A DNA stretch of 64,000 bases. Origin: an uncultured Nitrospirota bacterium. Its GTDB lineage: Bacteria; Nitrospirota; Nitrospiria; SBBL01; SBBT01. The translations under genes and the position numbers were made by a program. The stretch's first letter is position 1; each line of letters starts with the position of its first letter. The notes under the pieces were generated by a model. The model was not told where the DNA came from. It saw only the letters and a list, made by a program, of their open reading frames with translations, and did not search any database. This document shows positions 38,672-49,175 of this stretch, piece after piece. The stretch is taken from positions 15,690-79,689 of the forward strand of contig CAYJWQ010000001.1 in NCBI GenBank assembly GCA_964373895.1, given 5' to 3'.

Positions 38672-40849
38672 GTGGTTATGTTAGACCTATCTCATGAAAC
38701 TCCAGCCAAAAAGATCACATTCAGTGAAGTCGTAGAGCGAATCCGCGTCTATAGCCCTCAAGGCGACCTCACCCTCTTAGAAAAGGCCTACGAGTTCTCT
38801 TCAATGGCGCATAAAGGCCAGTGTCGGCAATCGGGAGAGCCTTTTCTGCACCATCCCCTCGAAGTCGCAGGGATTTTAACCCAGCTTAAATTGGATATCC
38901 CTTCGGTAGTGGCCGGACTCCTTCACGATGTGCTGGAAGACACCCCCTCCACACGAAAAGAGCTGGAGAAAACGTTCGGAGGCAGTATTGCCGCCCTTGT
39001 CGACGGCGTTACGAAGATTGATAAGATCTCATTTAGAAACGTTCAGGAGAAACAGGCCGAGAACTTCAGAAAAATGGTAGTCGCGATGGCCGAAGATATC
39101 CGGGTGGTTTTAATTAAACTGGCCGATCGCCTCCATAATATGCGCACCCTCTCCGCCCTGGAGGAAGAAAAGCAGAAACGAATTGCCCAGGAAACGCTGG
39201 AGATCTATGCCCCTCTGGCAAACCGTTTGGGGATCGGATGGATAAAAGCCGAACTGGAGGATTTAAGCCTGCGTTATCTCAAACCAGATATCTATCAGTC
39301 ACTGATCAGCAAGGTCAACGCCAATCGGGAAGAGAGAGAGACATACATTCAGGCGGTGCTTGAGATCGTGCGAAAGGCGTTGGCAGAGCATCAGATTGTC
39401 GGAAAGGTCAGAGGGAGGATAAAACACCTCTTTGGTATTTATCAAAAGATGGAACGGCGGGGAATCCCTTTTGACGAGATTTACGACCTCATGGGAATTC
39501 GCATTATTACCGACACCAAGATGAACTGTTATGCTGTGCTGGGGTTGATTCATGCCCTATGGAAACCGGTTGGAAGCCGTTTTAAAGATCACATCGCCAT
39601 TCCTAAATCCAACCTTTACCGAACGCTTCATACCACCGTGATCGGCCCTCAAGGGAAACATATCGAGTTTCAAATCAGAACCGAGGAGATGCATCGCGTT
39701 GCGGAAGAGGGGATCGCATCTCATTGGGTCTACAAAGAAGGGGGTCAGATCAACGCAAAAGATGAACGGATCTTCACATGGCTACGACAATTGGTAGAGT
39801 GGCAGCAGGAGCTGGTCGACACGCGACCGTTTATGGACTCTGTCAAAACGGATCTCTTTCCTGATCTGATTTATGTCTTTAGTCCAAAGGGGCATATCAA
39901 AGAACTGATCAGGGGGGCCACGCCGATCGACTTTGCGTACGCCATCCATACCGACATCGGCAACCACTGCGTCGGGGCAAAAGTCAATGGGAAGATCGTT
40001 CCTTTAAGTCATGAACTTCGGAGCGGAGACACCGTTGAAATTCTCACGTCGCCAACGCAAAAACCGAGTAAAGATTGGCTTAAAGTTGTAAAAACTCCCA
40101 GGGCGAAGGCCAAGATCAGGCATCTTATTCGAGAAAAAGAACGCGCCCAGAGTCTGGAGATCGGCAAAAAACTCCTGGAACGGGCATTACGAAATGAAAA
40201 ATTAAGTCCTTCGGAGGCGCTTAAATCAGATCTCATTCTGCTCGGCGTAAAAGAGATCGGCATACGCTCTCTCGATGAGCTTTTCGCCGCCGTCGGCTAC
40301 GGAAAGGTTTCTGCTCAACATGTCATCCGGCCCCTTCTGCCGGAACCACACCTCAAAGAAGGGATGAAAGACAAATTCATCAAGAAGGTCGGCCTCGATA
40401 AAAACCCTGTCAAGGTCAAAGGGTTAGACGACATCTTGATTGTTCTGTCGAAATGTTGCATGCCGGTGCCAGGAGATCATATCATCGGCTATATTACCCG
40501 GGGCCGCGGGTTATCCATTCATACAACCGATTGTCCCAATATCGATGAACTCGATTACAACAAAGACCGACTGGTGGATGTGGCGTGGGATAAAATCGCA
40601 GAGGCCCCTTATTCCGTTGATATCGCCGTAATTACCATCGACAAACCGGGTCTGCTGGGTTCTGTCTCAACCGCAATCGCCGGGGCGGGGGCCAACATCA
40701 GCCATGCTGAAGTCGTCACGACCGAGGACAAAAAGGCCTCCTTTCACTTTGTGATCGAGATTACCAACACCAAACACCTTGAGAAGGTCATAAAAAATAT
40801 TGAACAGGTGAAGGGGGTCTTCCAGGTGCGGCGCGTACGGAAGGGCTAA
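38672..40849 (+). CDS. Bifunctional (p)ppGpp synthetase/hydrolase (RelA/SpoT homologue)
   Basis: 725 aa with HD hydrolase domain, synthetase domain, and TGS and ACT regions in the canonical order. Confidence 0.9.
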   Translation: MVMLDLSHETPAKKITFSEVVERIRVYSPQGDLTLLEKAYEFSSMAHKGQCRQSGEPFLHHPLEVAGILTQLKLDIPSVVAGLLHDVLEDTPSTRKELEKTFGGSIAALVDGVTKIDKISFRNVQEKQAENFRKMVVAMAEDIRVVLIKLADRLHNMRTLSALEEEKQKRIAQETLEIYAPLANRLGIGWIKAELEDLSLRYLKPDIYQSLISKVNANREERETYIQAVLEIVRKALAEHQIVGKVRGRIKHLFGIYQKMERRGIPFDEIYDLMGIRIITDTKMNCYAVLGLIHALWKPVGSRFKDHIAIPKSNLYRTLHTTVIGPQGKHIEFQIRTEEMHRVAEEGIASHWVYKEGGQINAKDERIFTWLRQLVEWQQELVDTRPFMDSVKTDLFPDLIYVFSPKGHIKELIRGATPIDFAYAIHTDIGNHCVGAKVNGKIVPLSHELRSGDTVEILTSPTQKPSKDWLKVVKTPRAKAKIRHLIREKERAQSLEIGKKLLERALRNEKLSPSEALKSDLILLGVKEIGIRSLDELFAAVGYGKVSAQHVIRPLLPEPHLKEGMKDKFIKKVGLDKNPVKVKGLDDILIVLSKCCMPVPGDHIIGYITRGRGLSIHTTDCPNIDELDYNKDRLVDVAWDKIAEAPYSVDIAVITIDKPGLLGSVSTAIAGAGANISHAEVVTTEDKKASFHFVIEITNTKHLEKVIKNIEQVKGVFQVRRVRKG

Positions 40850-40854
40850 ACAGA

Positions 40855-40925
40855 CCAAAAGTCGAATGCGGCGAAGCCGCAAAGGGGGCGAACATCGCGC
40901 GCTGTGCGCGCTATTCTGGCACAAC
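40855..40925. repeat. Family A repeat, partial inverted copy
   Basis: 40865-40890 (aatgcggcgaagccgcaaagggggcg) is the exact reverse complement of 11432-11457. It is followed by ...atcgcgcgctgtgcgcgct, shared with the family B flanks. It lies between the convergent relA/spoT and NUDIX genes. Confidence 0.65.
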
Positions 40926-40985
40926 CGAAACAAAATTTATGATATATCATCTACCCAAAAGTGGAATTGCTTAACAGACAGAGAT

Positions 40986-41456
40986 TCAACAGCCTGCGGG
41001 TGTTTTCTGATCATACCGCGCTCTAAGGTAACGCGCTGCTTTTTCCATCATCTCCCGCTCGCTGTCGTGTGTCAGTAGCGCCAACGCCTCATGCAGCAAC
41101 ACCCAGCGGGCCTCGTCCACTTCCGAATCGTGGTCTTCTTTATCACCCCGTAAGTATTCAAGAAGATAGAAGTGTACCGTCTTGGACACCCTGGCCGCAT
41201 CTTCTTTGGAATAATACCAATAATGGATCTGTCCTATTTTCTCCAAAATGCGGCCCGTTCCACCTGTCTCTTCCCTGACCTCTCTGACTGCTGTCTCCGG
41301 AAGGGTTTCACTCTGTTCAACCGTACCTTTCGGAAGGCACCAGATCGGCTCTCCCTTCTGGTTCTGATGCGAAATGAGCATCACTTGAATGCCCTCTGCT
41401 TTCACCTTAAAAATAACACCGCCGGACGACGTCTGCCTGATAATCGCCTTATTCAA
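40986..41456 (-). CDS. NUDIX hydrolase
   Basis: 156 aa. Nudix box GTVEQSETLPETAVREVREETG. Confidence 0.85.
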   Translation of the reverse strand: MNKAIIRQTSSGGVIFKVKAEGIQVMLISHQNQKGEPIWCLPKGTVEQSETLPETAVREVREETGGTGRILEKIGQIHYWYYSKEDAARVSKTVHFYLLEYLRGDKEDHDSEVDEARWVLLHEALALLTHDSEREMMEKAARYLRARYDQKTPAGC

Positions 41457-41540
41457 AAATTCCCCCGATAGGTCGCATTTTATGAAACGACTCTATATTA
41501 TCACCAACAGAATCACAGTAACAAGATCAGCGCGCTGACG

Positions 41541-41581
41541 ATAAACGGTCTTATGTACAGACAATAATGAGACCGTTTATA
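41541..41581. repeat. Family B repeat core, copy 3
   Basis: ataaacggtcttatgtacagacaataatgagaccgtttata is identical to the copy 1 core. It is preceded by the palindrome tcagcgcgctga. It overlaps the clpB stop codon (41577-41579). Confidence 0.8.
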
Positions 41582-44177
41582 CAATATTTTGTTGGTGTGG
41601 AATACGGATAAAAATCATTTTTCCTTCTTCCATATTGGCCTCAACGTGATCGCCTTCGTAGACGGTTCCTTCTAAAATCTTCACGGAGAGCGGATTCAAT
41701 ATATCCCTCTGAATTACCCTTTTAAGCGGACGCGCCCCGAACAGGGGATCATATCCTTCACGCGCCAGGTATTGTTTTGCGGTCTTAGAAAGTGACAGGG
41801 TGATTCGTTTCTGTTCAAGCCGCTTGCTCAACTGTTTCATTTGTATTTCAATGATCTGTTGCAGATCCTCTATTTTTAAGGGGTGAAAGATCACAATGTC
41901 ATCAATCCTATTTAGGAATTCAGGCTTAAAGTGGGCCCGCAACGATTGAAGTGCCACACACCGGATGTCAGTCGTGTGACTCGACGCATCTTGAATTTGT
42001 TGACTTCCAAGATTGGACGTCATCATCAGAACTGTATTTTTGAAATCAACCGTCCGACCCTTGCCGTCGGTCAGTCTCCCGTCATCCAAGAGCTGAAGGA
42101 GTATTCCGAAAAGTTCCGGATGGGCTTTCTCAATCTCATCGAAAAGGATCACCGCATAAGGGCGTTTTCGCACCGCCTCAGTTAGATGCCCCCCCTCTTC
42201 GTGCCCGACATAACCTGGAGGCGATCCAATCAGCCGCGCCACCGCATGTTTTTCCATATATTCCGACATGTCAAGACGTATCATCGCCTGCTCGTCGTCA
42301 AAGAGAAATTCGGCAAGGGTTTTTGCTATTTCGGTTTTCCCAACACCGGTCGGCCCCAAAAAGATGAAAGAACCGAGAGGGCGATTGGGGTCGGAGAGCC
42401 CCGCGCGCGCCCTGCGAATCGCGTTTGCAACGGCAGCAATGGCCTCATCTTGTCCCACAACCCGATGGTGAAGGCGTTCCTCCATATGGATGAGTTTTTG
42501 GACCTCGGTCTCCATCATGCGGGAAAGGGGAATGCCTGTCCATTTAGAGACGATTTGGGCGATATCCTCTTCATCAACCTCTTCTTTGAGCATTCTTTGG
42601 GCCGATTGCAGACCCTGAAAACGGGCATTCTCCTCGGAAAGATGCTGGTTTAACTGAATCAGTCTCCCGTAACGGAGTTCCGCGGCCTTTCCGAGATCTC
42701 CAGCGCGCTCCGCCTGTTCAGCGTTTTGTCGCGCCACTTCTATCTCTTCTTTAAGCTGGCGAATTTTTTGAATCGCCCCTTTCTCCAATTTCCATTGGGT
42801 ATAAAGTCGCTCTGCCACTTCTTTTAGATCGGCCAACTCCTTCTCAGTTTTTTCCAAACGAACAAGCGAGATTTCGTCATTCTCTTTTTTCACCGCCTCG
42901 CGTTCGATCTCGATCTGGCGAATCTTCCTTTGTATTTCATCAAGCGCGGTTGGCATGGAATCAATTTCCATGCGAAGGTGAGAAGCCGCCTCATCCATTA
43001 AATCAATCGCCTTGTCCGGGAGAAAACGGTCGGTAATATAACGATGCGATAAGACTGCCGCGGCCACCAATGCCGTATCTTTCATCCGAACGCCGTGATG
43101 GACTTCATATCGATCCTTGAGGCCGCGCAGGATCGATATGGTCTGATCTACCGTCGGCTCCCGCACCAGGATCGGCTGGAAGCGCCGCTCCAACGCCGGA
43201 TCTTTTTCGATACGCTTTCGGTATTCATCGATTGTGGTGGCGCCGATGGCACGCAGTTCCCCGCGCGCGAGGGGAGGTTTTAACATATTTGATGCATCCA
43301 TTGCCCCTTCGGCGGCCCCCGCGCCCACCAAGGTGTGCAACTCATCAATAAAGAGCATTACCTCGCCATGCGCGTCCACCACCTCCTTGATCACCGCTTT
43401 CAACCGCTCCTCAAATTCTCCGCGAAATTTGGAGCCGGCAATCAGCGCCCCCATATCAAGGGCGTGGACCCTCTTCTCCTTAAGCCCTTCCGGCACGTCT
43501 CCTGAAACAATTCTCTGTGCAAGCCCTTCCGCAATGGCCGTCTTCCCAACCCCCGGCTCTCCGATTAACACTGGATTGTTTTTTGTTCGTCTGGATAAGA
43601 CCTGAATCACACGACGGATCTCTTCATCCCGTCCGATAACAGGATCGAGCTTGCCACGAGAAGCCAGATCGGTCAAATCCCTCGAATATCGCGCCAGCGC
43701 CTGGTATTTCTCTTCAGGATTTTGATCCGTAATGCGATGGGAGCCCCGGATTTCAACCAGGGCCGATAACACCTTTTCCCTCTCGATTCCGGCAGTCCGA
43801 AGGAGTGGCCCGATGGATCCTTCCAGAGACGCCAGCAAGAGATGCTCGGCGCTAATATATTGGTCTTTTAATTGATTGGCCTCCTTCTCGGCGCGTTCTA
43901 TCAGGGCTGCCAGGGCAGGCGTCATATAAATCGACCCCGCCGCGCCAGGTCCATCAACCTCCGGGATTCCCTGCAATTTTTCAAAAATCTTCGAACGAAG
44001 GGGATCAAGCGGCACACCCATTTTTTTAAGAACAGCCGGAATGACCCCATCTTTCTGTTCTAATAACGCCAGCATCAAATGGGCTTCGTCTATTTGCTGA
44101 TGGTGTAAAGTTTCAGTCTTCTTTTGGGCGTCCTGAAAGACCTCCTGGGCCTTAAATGTCAACCGGTCTAAACGCAT
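41577..44177 (-). CDS. clpB: ATP-dependent chaperone ClpB
   Basis: 866 aa. Two Walker A motifs ([16 protein letters not shown]), a long middle coiled-coil, and a Clp N-domain. Confidence 0.95.
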   Translation of the reverse strand: MRLDRLTFKAQEVFQDAQKKTETLHHQQIDEAHLMLALLEQKDGVIPAVLKKMGVPLDPLRSKIFEKLQGIPEVDGPGAAGSIYMTPALAALIERAEKEANQLKDQYISAEHLLLASLEGSIGPLLRTAGIEREKVLSALVEIRGSHRITDQNPEEKYQALARYSRDLTDLASRGKLDPVIGRDEEIRRVIQVLSRRTKNNPVLIGEPGVGKTAIAEGLAQRIVSGDVPEGLKEKRVHALDMGALIAGSKFRGEFEERLKAVIKEVVDAHGEVMLFIDELHTLVGAGAAEGAMDASNMLKPPLARGELRAIGATTIDEYRKRIEKDPALERRFQPILVREPTVDQTISILRGLKDRYEVHHGVRMKDTALVAAAVLSHRYITDRFLPDKAIDLMDEAASHLRMEIDSMPTALDEIQRKIRQIEIEREAVKKENDEISLVRLEKTEKELADLKEVAERLYTQWKLEKGAIQKIRQLKEEIEVARQNAEQAERAGDLGKAAELRYGRLIQLNQHLSEENARFQGLQSAQRMLKEEVDEEDIAQIVSKWTGIPLSRMMETEVQKLIHMEERLHHRVVGQDEAIAAVANAIRRARAGLSDPNRPLGSFIFLGPTGVGKTEIAKTLAEFLFDDEQAMIRLDMSEYMEKHAVARLIGSPPGYVGHEEGGHLTEAVRKRPYAVILFDEIEKAHPELFGILLQLLDDGRLTDGKGRTVDFKNTVLMMTSNLGSQQIQDASSHTTDIRCVALQSLRAHFKPEFLNRIDDIVIFHPLKIEDLQQIIEIQMKQLSKRLEQKRITLSLSKTAKQYLAREGYDPLFGARPLKRVIQRDILNPLSVKILEGTVYEGDHVEANMEEGKMIFIRIPHQQNIV

Positions 44178-44210
44178 CCATCCCTCGCATAAGCGCCATC
44201 TTGCTTTTAA

Positions 44211-44239
44211 ATATAAGGCCGCTCGGACATAAATTCAAG
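44211..44239 (-). promoter_or_regulatory. Candidate sigma32-type heat-shock promoter of clpB
   Basis: Minus strand reads CTTGAA-15 nt-CCTTATAT, compared with the consensus CTTGAA-N13-15-CCCCATNT. It lies about 35-60 nt upstream of the clpB ATG. Confidence 0.4.
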
Positions 44240-44310
44240 ACCCTGTGCAAACAGATATATATTGCAAATTTTTCTGGGATTGCGCAAAATAATCAAAGGA
44301 GGTGCTCATC

Positions 44311-45255
44311 ATGAAACGTGTCATCCCCATACTATTGATCATGATCGCAATAATGGTCCAGATCATAACAGAATTGCCCGCTGCAGACTCCATAAGATAT
44401 GGCAATGGGGTCAGTCTGTCTGGAAAACGACTCTTCCCAAACGACAATCCATGGAACAAAGATATTTCAGGAGAGCCGGTTGATCCGAATTCCGACGCGC
44501 TTATCTCAAGCATCGGATTGCACAAAGAGTTGCATCCAAGTATCGGGCCATTTCCAATGGGCATCCCCTATGTGGTTGTTCCAGGCACTCAGCCAACCGT
44601 GCCGATCACCTTTGATAATATAGAGGGGAGCGACCATGGCGACTATCCTATTCCGCCCGATGCGCCCATTGAAGGAGGGGCGCAGACAGATGGGGATCGG
44701 CATGTTCTCGTTATTGACCGCGATCGGTGGATGCTTTACGAACTTTTTTATGCCTTTCCAAAAGAGGGAGGAAAACGCTGGCATGCTGGCTCCGGGGCAA
44801 TCTTCGATTTAAACTCCAATGCCTTGCGTCCTGAAGGGATCACTTCAGCCGATGCGGCGGGGCTTCCCATTTTTCCAGGCCTGGTTCGGTATGATGAAGT
44901 GCACGAACAAAAGGAAATCACACACGCGTTGCGATTTACCGCCCATCCAACGCGCAGGGGATATGTCTATCCGGCCAGGCACTTTGCCAGCAACCTTACT
45001 GATTCTCACTTGCCACCCATGGGCATGCGCGTTCGATTAAAGGCAACCTACGACCTCTCTCGTTTTCCCCCATCAGCGCGGGTCATTCTGACTGCGCTGA
45101 AAAAATACGGCATGTTCCTCTCCGATAACGGAGGAGATTGGTTTCTGATCGGGGCGCCCGATCCACGCTGGATTGCCCCCGAGATAGAGACCCTCAAACG
45201 GGTCAAAGGAAGGGATTTTGAGGTCGTAAAAATGGAGGCGGTTATCACAGAGTAA
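44311..45255 (+). CDS. Secreted conserved-looking protein of unknown function
   Basis: Signal/anchor MKRVIPILLIMIAIMVQIITELPAA. aaaggagg lies 8 nt before ATG at 44311. The body has motifs DRHVLVIDRDRWMLYELF, TSADAAGLPIFPGLVRYDEV, HALRFT and PPMGMRVRLKA. I cannot name a family. Confidence 0.6.
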   Translation: MKRVIPILLIMIAIMVQIITELPAADSIRYGNGVSLSGKRLFPNDNPWNKDISGEPVDPNSDALISSIGLHKELHPSIGPFPMGIPYVVVPGTQPTVPITFDNIEGSDHGDYPIPPDAPIEGGAQTDGDRHVLVIDRDRWMLYELFYAFPKEGGKRWHAGSGAIFDLNSNALRPEGITSADAAGLPIFPGLVRYDEVHEQKEITHALRFTAHPTRRGYVYPARHFASNLTDSHLPPMGMRVRLKATYDLSRFPPSARVILTALKKYGMFLSDNGGDWFLIGAPDPRWIAPEIETLKRVKGRDFEVVKMEAVITE

Positions 45256-45288
45256 CGCCCAAGCTTATCCTGAAACCGAGGGCCAATA

Positions 45289-46332
45289 CTATTTATCGCA
45301 AGACCGGGAGATGGTTAAATTCTTAAACAGCGATTTCAGATGGAAGGGGGGAGGGCCGAACTTAATCATGCCGAACAAGAGCCCGATTCCCCATGAAAAA
45401 TGTATCGTGGCAAAAATAAGGATGAGGGCAGGAAAAAAATGGATCCCTTGCGTAAAGGATGCGCGGAACGCGTAGAGTCCATTCGCAAAGAAATAGATCA
45501 ACGGTATCGCCATACCCAGGGCAGGATTGACTTTTATGAGCAACAAGGACAAGAAAAAAGCCAGGACGAATAAAGGGGGCACTATTTGACGAGGCATAAA
45601 GGAATCGGGATGCTCCTTGACAGTTTTCGCCTTCCAAAATCCATAGCGGCTATACTGTTTTATTAAGGTCGCCAACGTGCTCCGCACGTAATACTTACAT
45701 CGAATTCGTGGGGAGAGCAGGATTTTTCCACCGCGTTCTCGCAAACGGTAATTGAGTTCATAATCCTGATTCGCAAGAAAAGCCTCATCGAATCCCTTCA
45801 GCTCGGCAAGTGTCGATTTATACCACGCCCCTAAGAATACAGTATCAACAAACATCTCTTTTTGTGCGTAACGAAAATAGGCATCCCCTACCCCAAAAGG
45901 ACATGTGGTGGATAGGGCAATGGCACTTGTCAGATAGCTTGTTCCGATTGCCCTCTGCACCCCGCCCACATTGGCCGCCCCGGAGGTCTGAAGCAGTTCC
46001 ACACAGACGCTTACATAGTCTGGATCGTATACTGTGTGGGCATCCATTCTTATAATGATCTCACCCTTTGCCGCCTGCCAGCCGATGTTTAATGCCACGG
46101 GAATCGCCCGTTTGGGATTCTTGAGAAGATGAAAGACGGGAGATTTCCTTGAGTATTCTTCGACAATCGCCCAGCTTTGGTCTAAAGATCCCCCATCAAT
46201 GGCCAAAACCTCTAATCGGTCAGAGGGGTAGTCCTGAACAAGGAGCGATTCCATACAACCTCTTAAGAATCGTTCTTCATTGTAGACAGGCATAATAATA
46301 GAGACCATCGGGTGCTGAGACATACTTTTCAC
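45289..46332 (-). CDS. Family 2 glycosyltransferase with a C-terminal membrane domain
   Basis: 347 aa. VSIIMPVYNEERFL, DGGSLDQS, RMDAH, and 3-4 C-terminal TM segments. Confidence 0.85.
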   Translation of the reverse strand: MKSMSQHPMVSIIMPVYNEERFLRGCMESLLVQDYPSDRLEVLAIDGGSLDQSWAIVEEYSRKSPVFHLLKNPKRAIPVALNIGWQAAKGEIIIRMDAHTVYDPDYVSVCVELLQTSGAANVGGVQRAIGTSYLTSAIALSTTCPFGVGDAYFRYAQKEMFVDTVFLGAWYKSTLAELKGFDEAFLANQDYELNYRLRERGGKILLSPRIRCKYYVRSTLATLIKQYSRYGFWKAKTVKEHPDSFMPRQIVPPLFVLAFFLSLLLIKVNPALGMAIPLIYFFANGLYAFRASFTQGIHFFPALILIFATIHFSWGIGLLFGMIKFGPPPFHLKSLFKNLTISRSCDK

Positions 46333-46519
46333 GCAATTATGTCATTAGAAAATTTAAGTGCTTCTTTAATAGAAGTTACCACAACCGATAAGAAAAGTGA
46401 AGCAGCGCGGCTGCCAAGCGGTCGTGTTTCCTTAATCCCCCATCAAAAAAGTAAAAAACCTCCTTAGCCTTATATTAGGCGGTGGATTTTGGGTTTGTAT
46501 TTCCCTGTTTGTATTTCCC

Positions 46520-46548
46520 TTGACCACCCTCTGGAATCGGTGTATAGT
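46520..46548 (+). promoter_or_regulatory. Sigma70-type promoter of the HU gene
   Basis: TTGACC (46520-46525), 17-nt spacer, TATAGT (46543-46548). It is immediately preceded by the 13-mer gtttgtatttccc x2 (46493-46505 and 46507-46519). The implied 5' UTR is about 110 nt. Confidence 0.6.
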
Positions 46549-46664
46549 CCCCCTCCATCCATAGGCGTTCCGATCAGCAAGGTTGGATCGTTCACGTCTG
46601 TTCTTTAAGTAGAGTCATCATATTCAATGAAGTTTAATGCCTTAACCCGAAGGAGGGATAACGT

Positions 46665-46952
46665 ATGGCAAAACCGATGACCAAGTCTCAAATCACCGAT
46701 CACCTGGCCCAAAAAACTGAATCATCTAAAAAACTCGCAACGCAATTCTTAGAGGAATTTTCCGCACTTGCTTGCCGTGAGGCAAAGAACACTTTTACAC
46801 TCCCCGGCATCGGGAAACTGGTCCTGGTCAACAGAAAGGCGAGGATGGGGCGCAATCCAAAAACGGGAGAAACCATAAAAATTCCCGCAAAGCGGGTCGT
46901 AAAATTCAGGGTCGCCAAGGCCGCAAAAGATGCGATTCTTGTAAAGAAATAA
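46665..46952 (+). CDS. HU/IHF-family nucleoid-associated DNA-binding protein
   Basis: 95 aa. ...GIGKLVLVNRKARMGRNPKTGETIKIPAKRVVKFRVAKAAKDA is the typical HU arm. Confidence 0.9.
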   Translation: MAKPMTKSQITDHLAQKTESSKKLATQFLEEFSALACREAKNTFTLPGIGKLVLVNRKARMGRNPKTGETIKIPAKRVVKFRVAKAAKDAILVKK

Positions 46953-47009
46953 AAAAGACAAGACCCTCCGCTTTCAGGAGAAAAGGAGCGGCAGGCAAAT
47001 CGGCAAGAT

Positions 47010-48002
47010 TCAACTCTTTATTTGTCGGATCGCCTCTGTAAGGAGAGGGAGGATTTCAAAAAGATCTCCGACAATTCCGTATGTGGCGATTTTAAAAATG
47101 GGGGCGTTGGGGTCTTTATTGATCGCAATAATGAATTTTGCCGACGACATCCCGGCTTGATGTTGCATCGCCCCGGATATGCCGCACGCGATATATAAAA
47201 GCGGCGACACCGTTTTGCCCGTCAGGCCAACTTGATAAGAATGGGGTTTCCAGCCGGCATCAACGGCCGCGCGGGACGCCCCGACCGCCGCGCCAAGGGC
47301 ATCCGCCAGGTTCTCCACTAAGTAGAAATTTTCAGGCCCCTTTAATCCCCTCCCTCCCGATACAATAATGCGGGCCTCTGTCAACTCCACTTTCGATCCG
47401 GTTGTGGGGTGAACCGCTTTTACCTGCGCAAGTAATGTCAAGAGCTCCAGCCTGGGGGAAAATCGTTCGACAACAGGTTCTTCTATCTGGTCTGACAAAG
47501 AGGCAGAGAAGACGTTTGGTCGAAGCGTAGCAACCTGAAACATGGGTTGGCGGCTGACCACTCTGGCAATGACCTTTCCCCCATACATTGGTCGTCGGGC
47601 GACGAGAACACCGCCCGCCCCGACCTGAAGACCGATACAATCTGCCGCGTACGGACCATGGAGCTGGGCCGCCACCCTGGGACCCAAGTCTTTTCCCATC
47701 GCGGTCGCGCCCATTAAAATAAAGGAGGCCTCCATTTTTCTCGCAATATCAGAAACCACCGATGCGTATCCCTCTGAAGAATAAAAGCTAAAGGCCGTAT
47801 CGTCCACCAAGTAAACGCGATCCGCCCCTTTAAGCCCTTTCGCCTCGTCGGAAACCCGATCTCCGATTAAAACTGCCGAAATCGGTCCGAACATCTGGCC
47901 GTCCCCTTGTACAGACAACTGTCTGGCGGCAGAAAGGGCCTCCAACGCCACCCGCCGCACCTTTCCACCACGTTGTTCCGCGAAAACAAGAATGCCCGCC
48001 AT
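47010..48002 (-). CDS. etfA: Electron transfer flavoprotein alpha subunit
   Basis: 330 aa. The C-terminal FAD-binding region ...LYIACGISGAMQHQAGM...IIAINKDPNAPIF is diagnostic. Confidence 0.9.
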   Translation of the reverse strand: MAGILVFAEQRGGKVRRVALEALSAARQLSVQGDGQMFGPISAVLIGDRVSDEAKGLKGADRVYLVDDTAFSFYSSEGYASVVSDIARKMEASFILMGATAMGKDLGPRVAAQLHGPYAADCIGLQVGAGGVLVARRPMYGGKVIARVVSRQPMFQVATLRPNVFSASLSDQIEEPVVERFSPRLELLTLLAQVKAVHPTTGSKVELTEARIIVSGGRGLKGPENFYLVENLADALGAAVGASRAAVDAGWKPHSYQVGLTGKTVSPLLYIACGISGAMQHQAGMSSAKFIIAINKDPNAPIFKIATYGIVGDLFEILPLLTEAIRQIKS

Positions 48003-48032
48003 GCCTCCTCCTAACCGTATTTGCGAAATGTA

Positions 48033-49169
48033 TCACACCTTTTTAAACTTATCGAGTGTCGCGCCGATGTCATATTGATTCAGACACTCCTGGTAGTATG
48101 AAAAATCTTGCTTTAATACCTCTATCGTGGAACTATAACCGTACTTTAAGATTTCCACCCGCGTGTCAAAGCTCATCACATTCTGAAAAAACATAAAGGT
48201 CTCCGAGGGTTGCGGCTGGGTAAAAATAAATGTTTTACCGGGATGTTCAAACCGATACCGTTTGACGGCAAGATAGATTCGTGTCGCGGTATTGATCCGC
48301 ATGGCCTGATCATAGATATACGAAAGCCCTTTGTCCTTGATTCCGACACACTGTCCCGACAAGGACGGGAGACAAACGCTGCGGCGATCGTTTCGAATGT
48401 ATTGAACAGGATTGACCACCCAGATCATTTCCGCCCCGTGATTCATCGCGATATCCATATAGGCCGCACGACCCACCCCGCCGTCAATATAATCCTTACC
48501 CTCAATGCGAACGGGCTGAAAGATGATCGGCATGGCCGATGACGCGGTCACGGCCTTTGAAATCGGGACGTCAGAAAACCCCTCCTCTCCAAACACATCG
48601 TAACGCCCCAGATCAATATCAACCGCAGGGATATAAAGCTCCTTCCTCAATTCCCGAAAGTCATTGCTAAACCCCTCCTGCGAGAAAAACCGATCAATGT
48701 AGCGATCAAGATTTTTTAAGGTAAAAATACCGGAGGGGAGGTTCTCCTGCATCAGATCAAGAATTTCGAGTATCGAGAACGGCCGACCGCTCTTGAAGTA
48801 ATATTTCAAAACGGGATAGAGAGACTGTAAAAACTTCTTAATGGTATACCATGTTTCTTGATACCCAAAGCTGTAGATATCCCTTCTGGAAAAATTATAC
48901 GCGGATTCCCGACCGGTGAGGATGTCTTCATAAATGGCGCGGGGTTTAATACCATTCGCGATGAATGAAGCGACAGCGGCGCCTGCGCTGGTTCCGACAT
49001 AGATATCAAAATCATTCACCGAAAAACCGTCGAAAAAATCATCCATCGCGGTTAGGCAGCCAATTTCATACATCCACCCCGGAATCCCGCCTCCCGCGAG
49101 CACCAGCGCTGTCTTCGTCCTCGCGCGAGAGGGGGAAACAGGGTTATCCGGCTTTTTCTCATTCTTCAT
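48033..49169 (-). CDS. Patatin-like phospholipase
   Basis: 378 aa. GGGIPG oxyanion motif, the GTSAGA nucleophile elbow, and a DGG catalytic Asp motif (YIDGGVG). Confidence 0.85.
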   Translation of the reverse strand: MKNEKKPDNPVSPSRARTKTALVLAGGGIPGWMYEIGCLTAMDDFFDGFSVNDFDIYVGTSAGAAVASFIANGIKPRAIYEDILTGRESAYNFSRRDIYSFGYQETWYTIKKFLQSLYPVLKYYFKSGRPFSILEILDLMQENLPSGIFTLKNLDRYIDRFFSQEGFSNDFRELRKELYIPAVDIDLGRYDVFGEEGFSDVPISKAVTASSAMPIIFQPVRIEGKDYIDGGVGRAAYMDIAMNHGAEMIWVVNPVQYIRNDRRSVCLPSLSGQCVGIKDKGLSYIYDQAMRINTATRIYLAVKRYRFEHPGKTFIFTQPQPSETFMFFQNVMSFDTRVEILKYGYSSTIEVLKQDFSYYQECLNQYDIGATLDKFKKV

Positions 49170-49175
49170 ACGCCG

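Noticed and set aside
44244-44270. The short inverted repeat tgcaa-N11-ttgca between the clpB promoter and the secreted-protein gene, as a possible operator (for example CIRCE-like).
   Set aside because: The arms are only 5 bp, it does not resemble CIRCE (TTAGCACTC-N9-GAGTGCTAA), and it could easily occur by chance.
48033-49169. Patatin as a CBASS-type defence effector (CapV-like).
   Set aside because: There is no cyclic-oligonucleotide synthase, no SAVED or STING-type sensor, and no other defence gene nearby. The gene is embedded in a metabolic operon.
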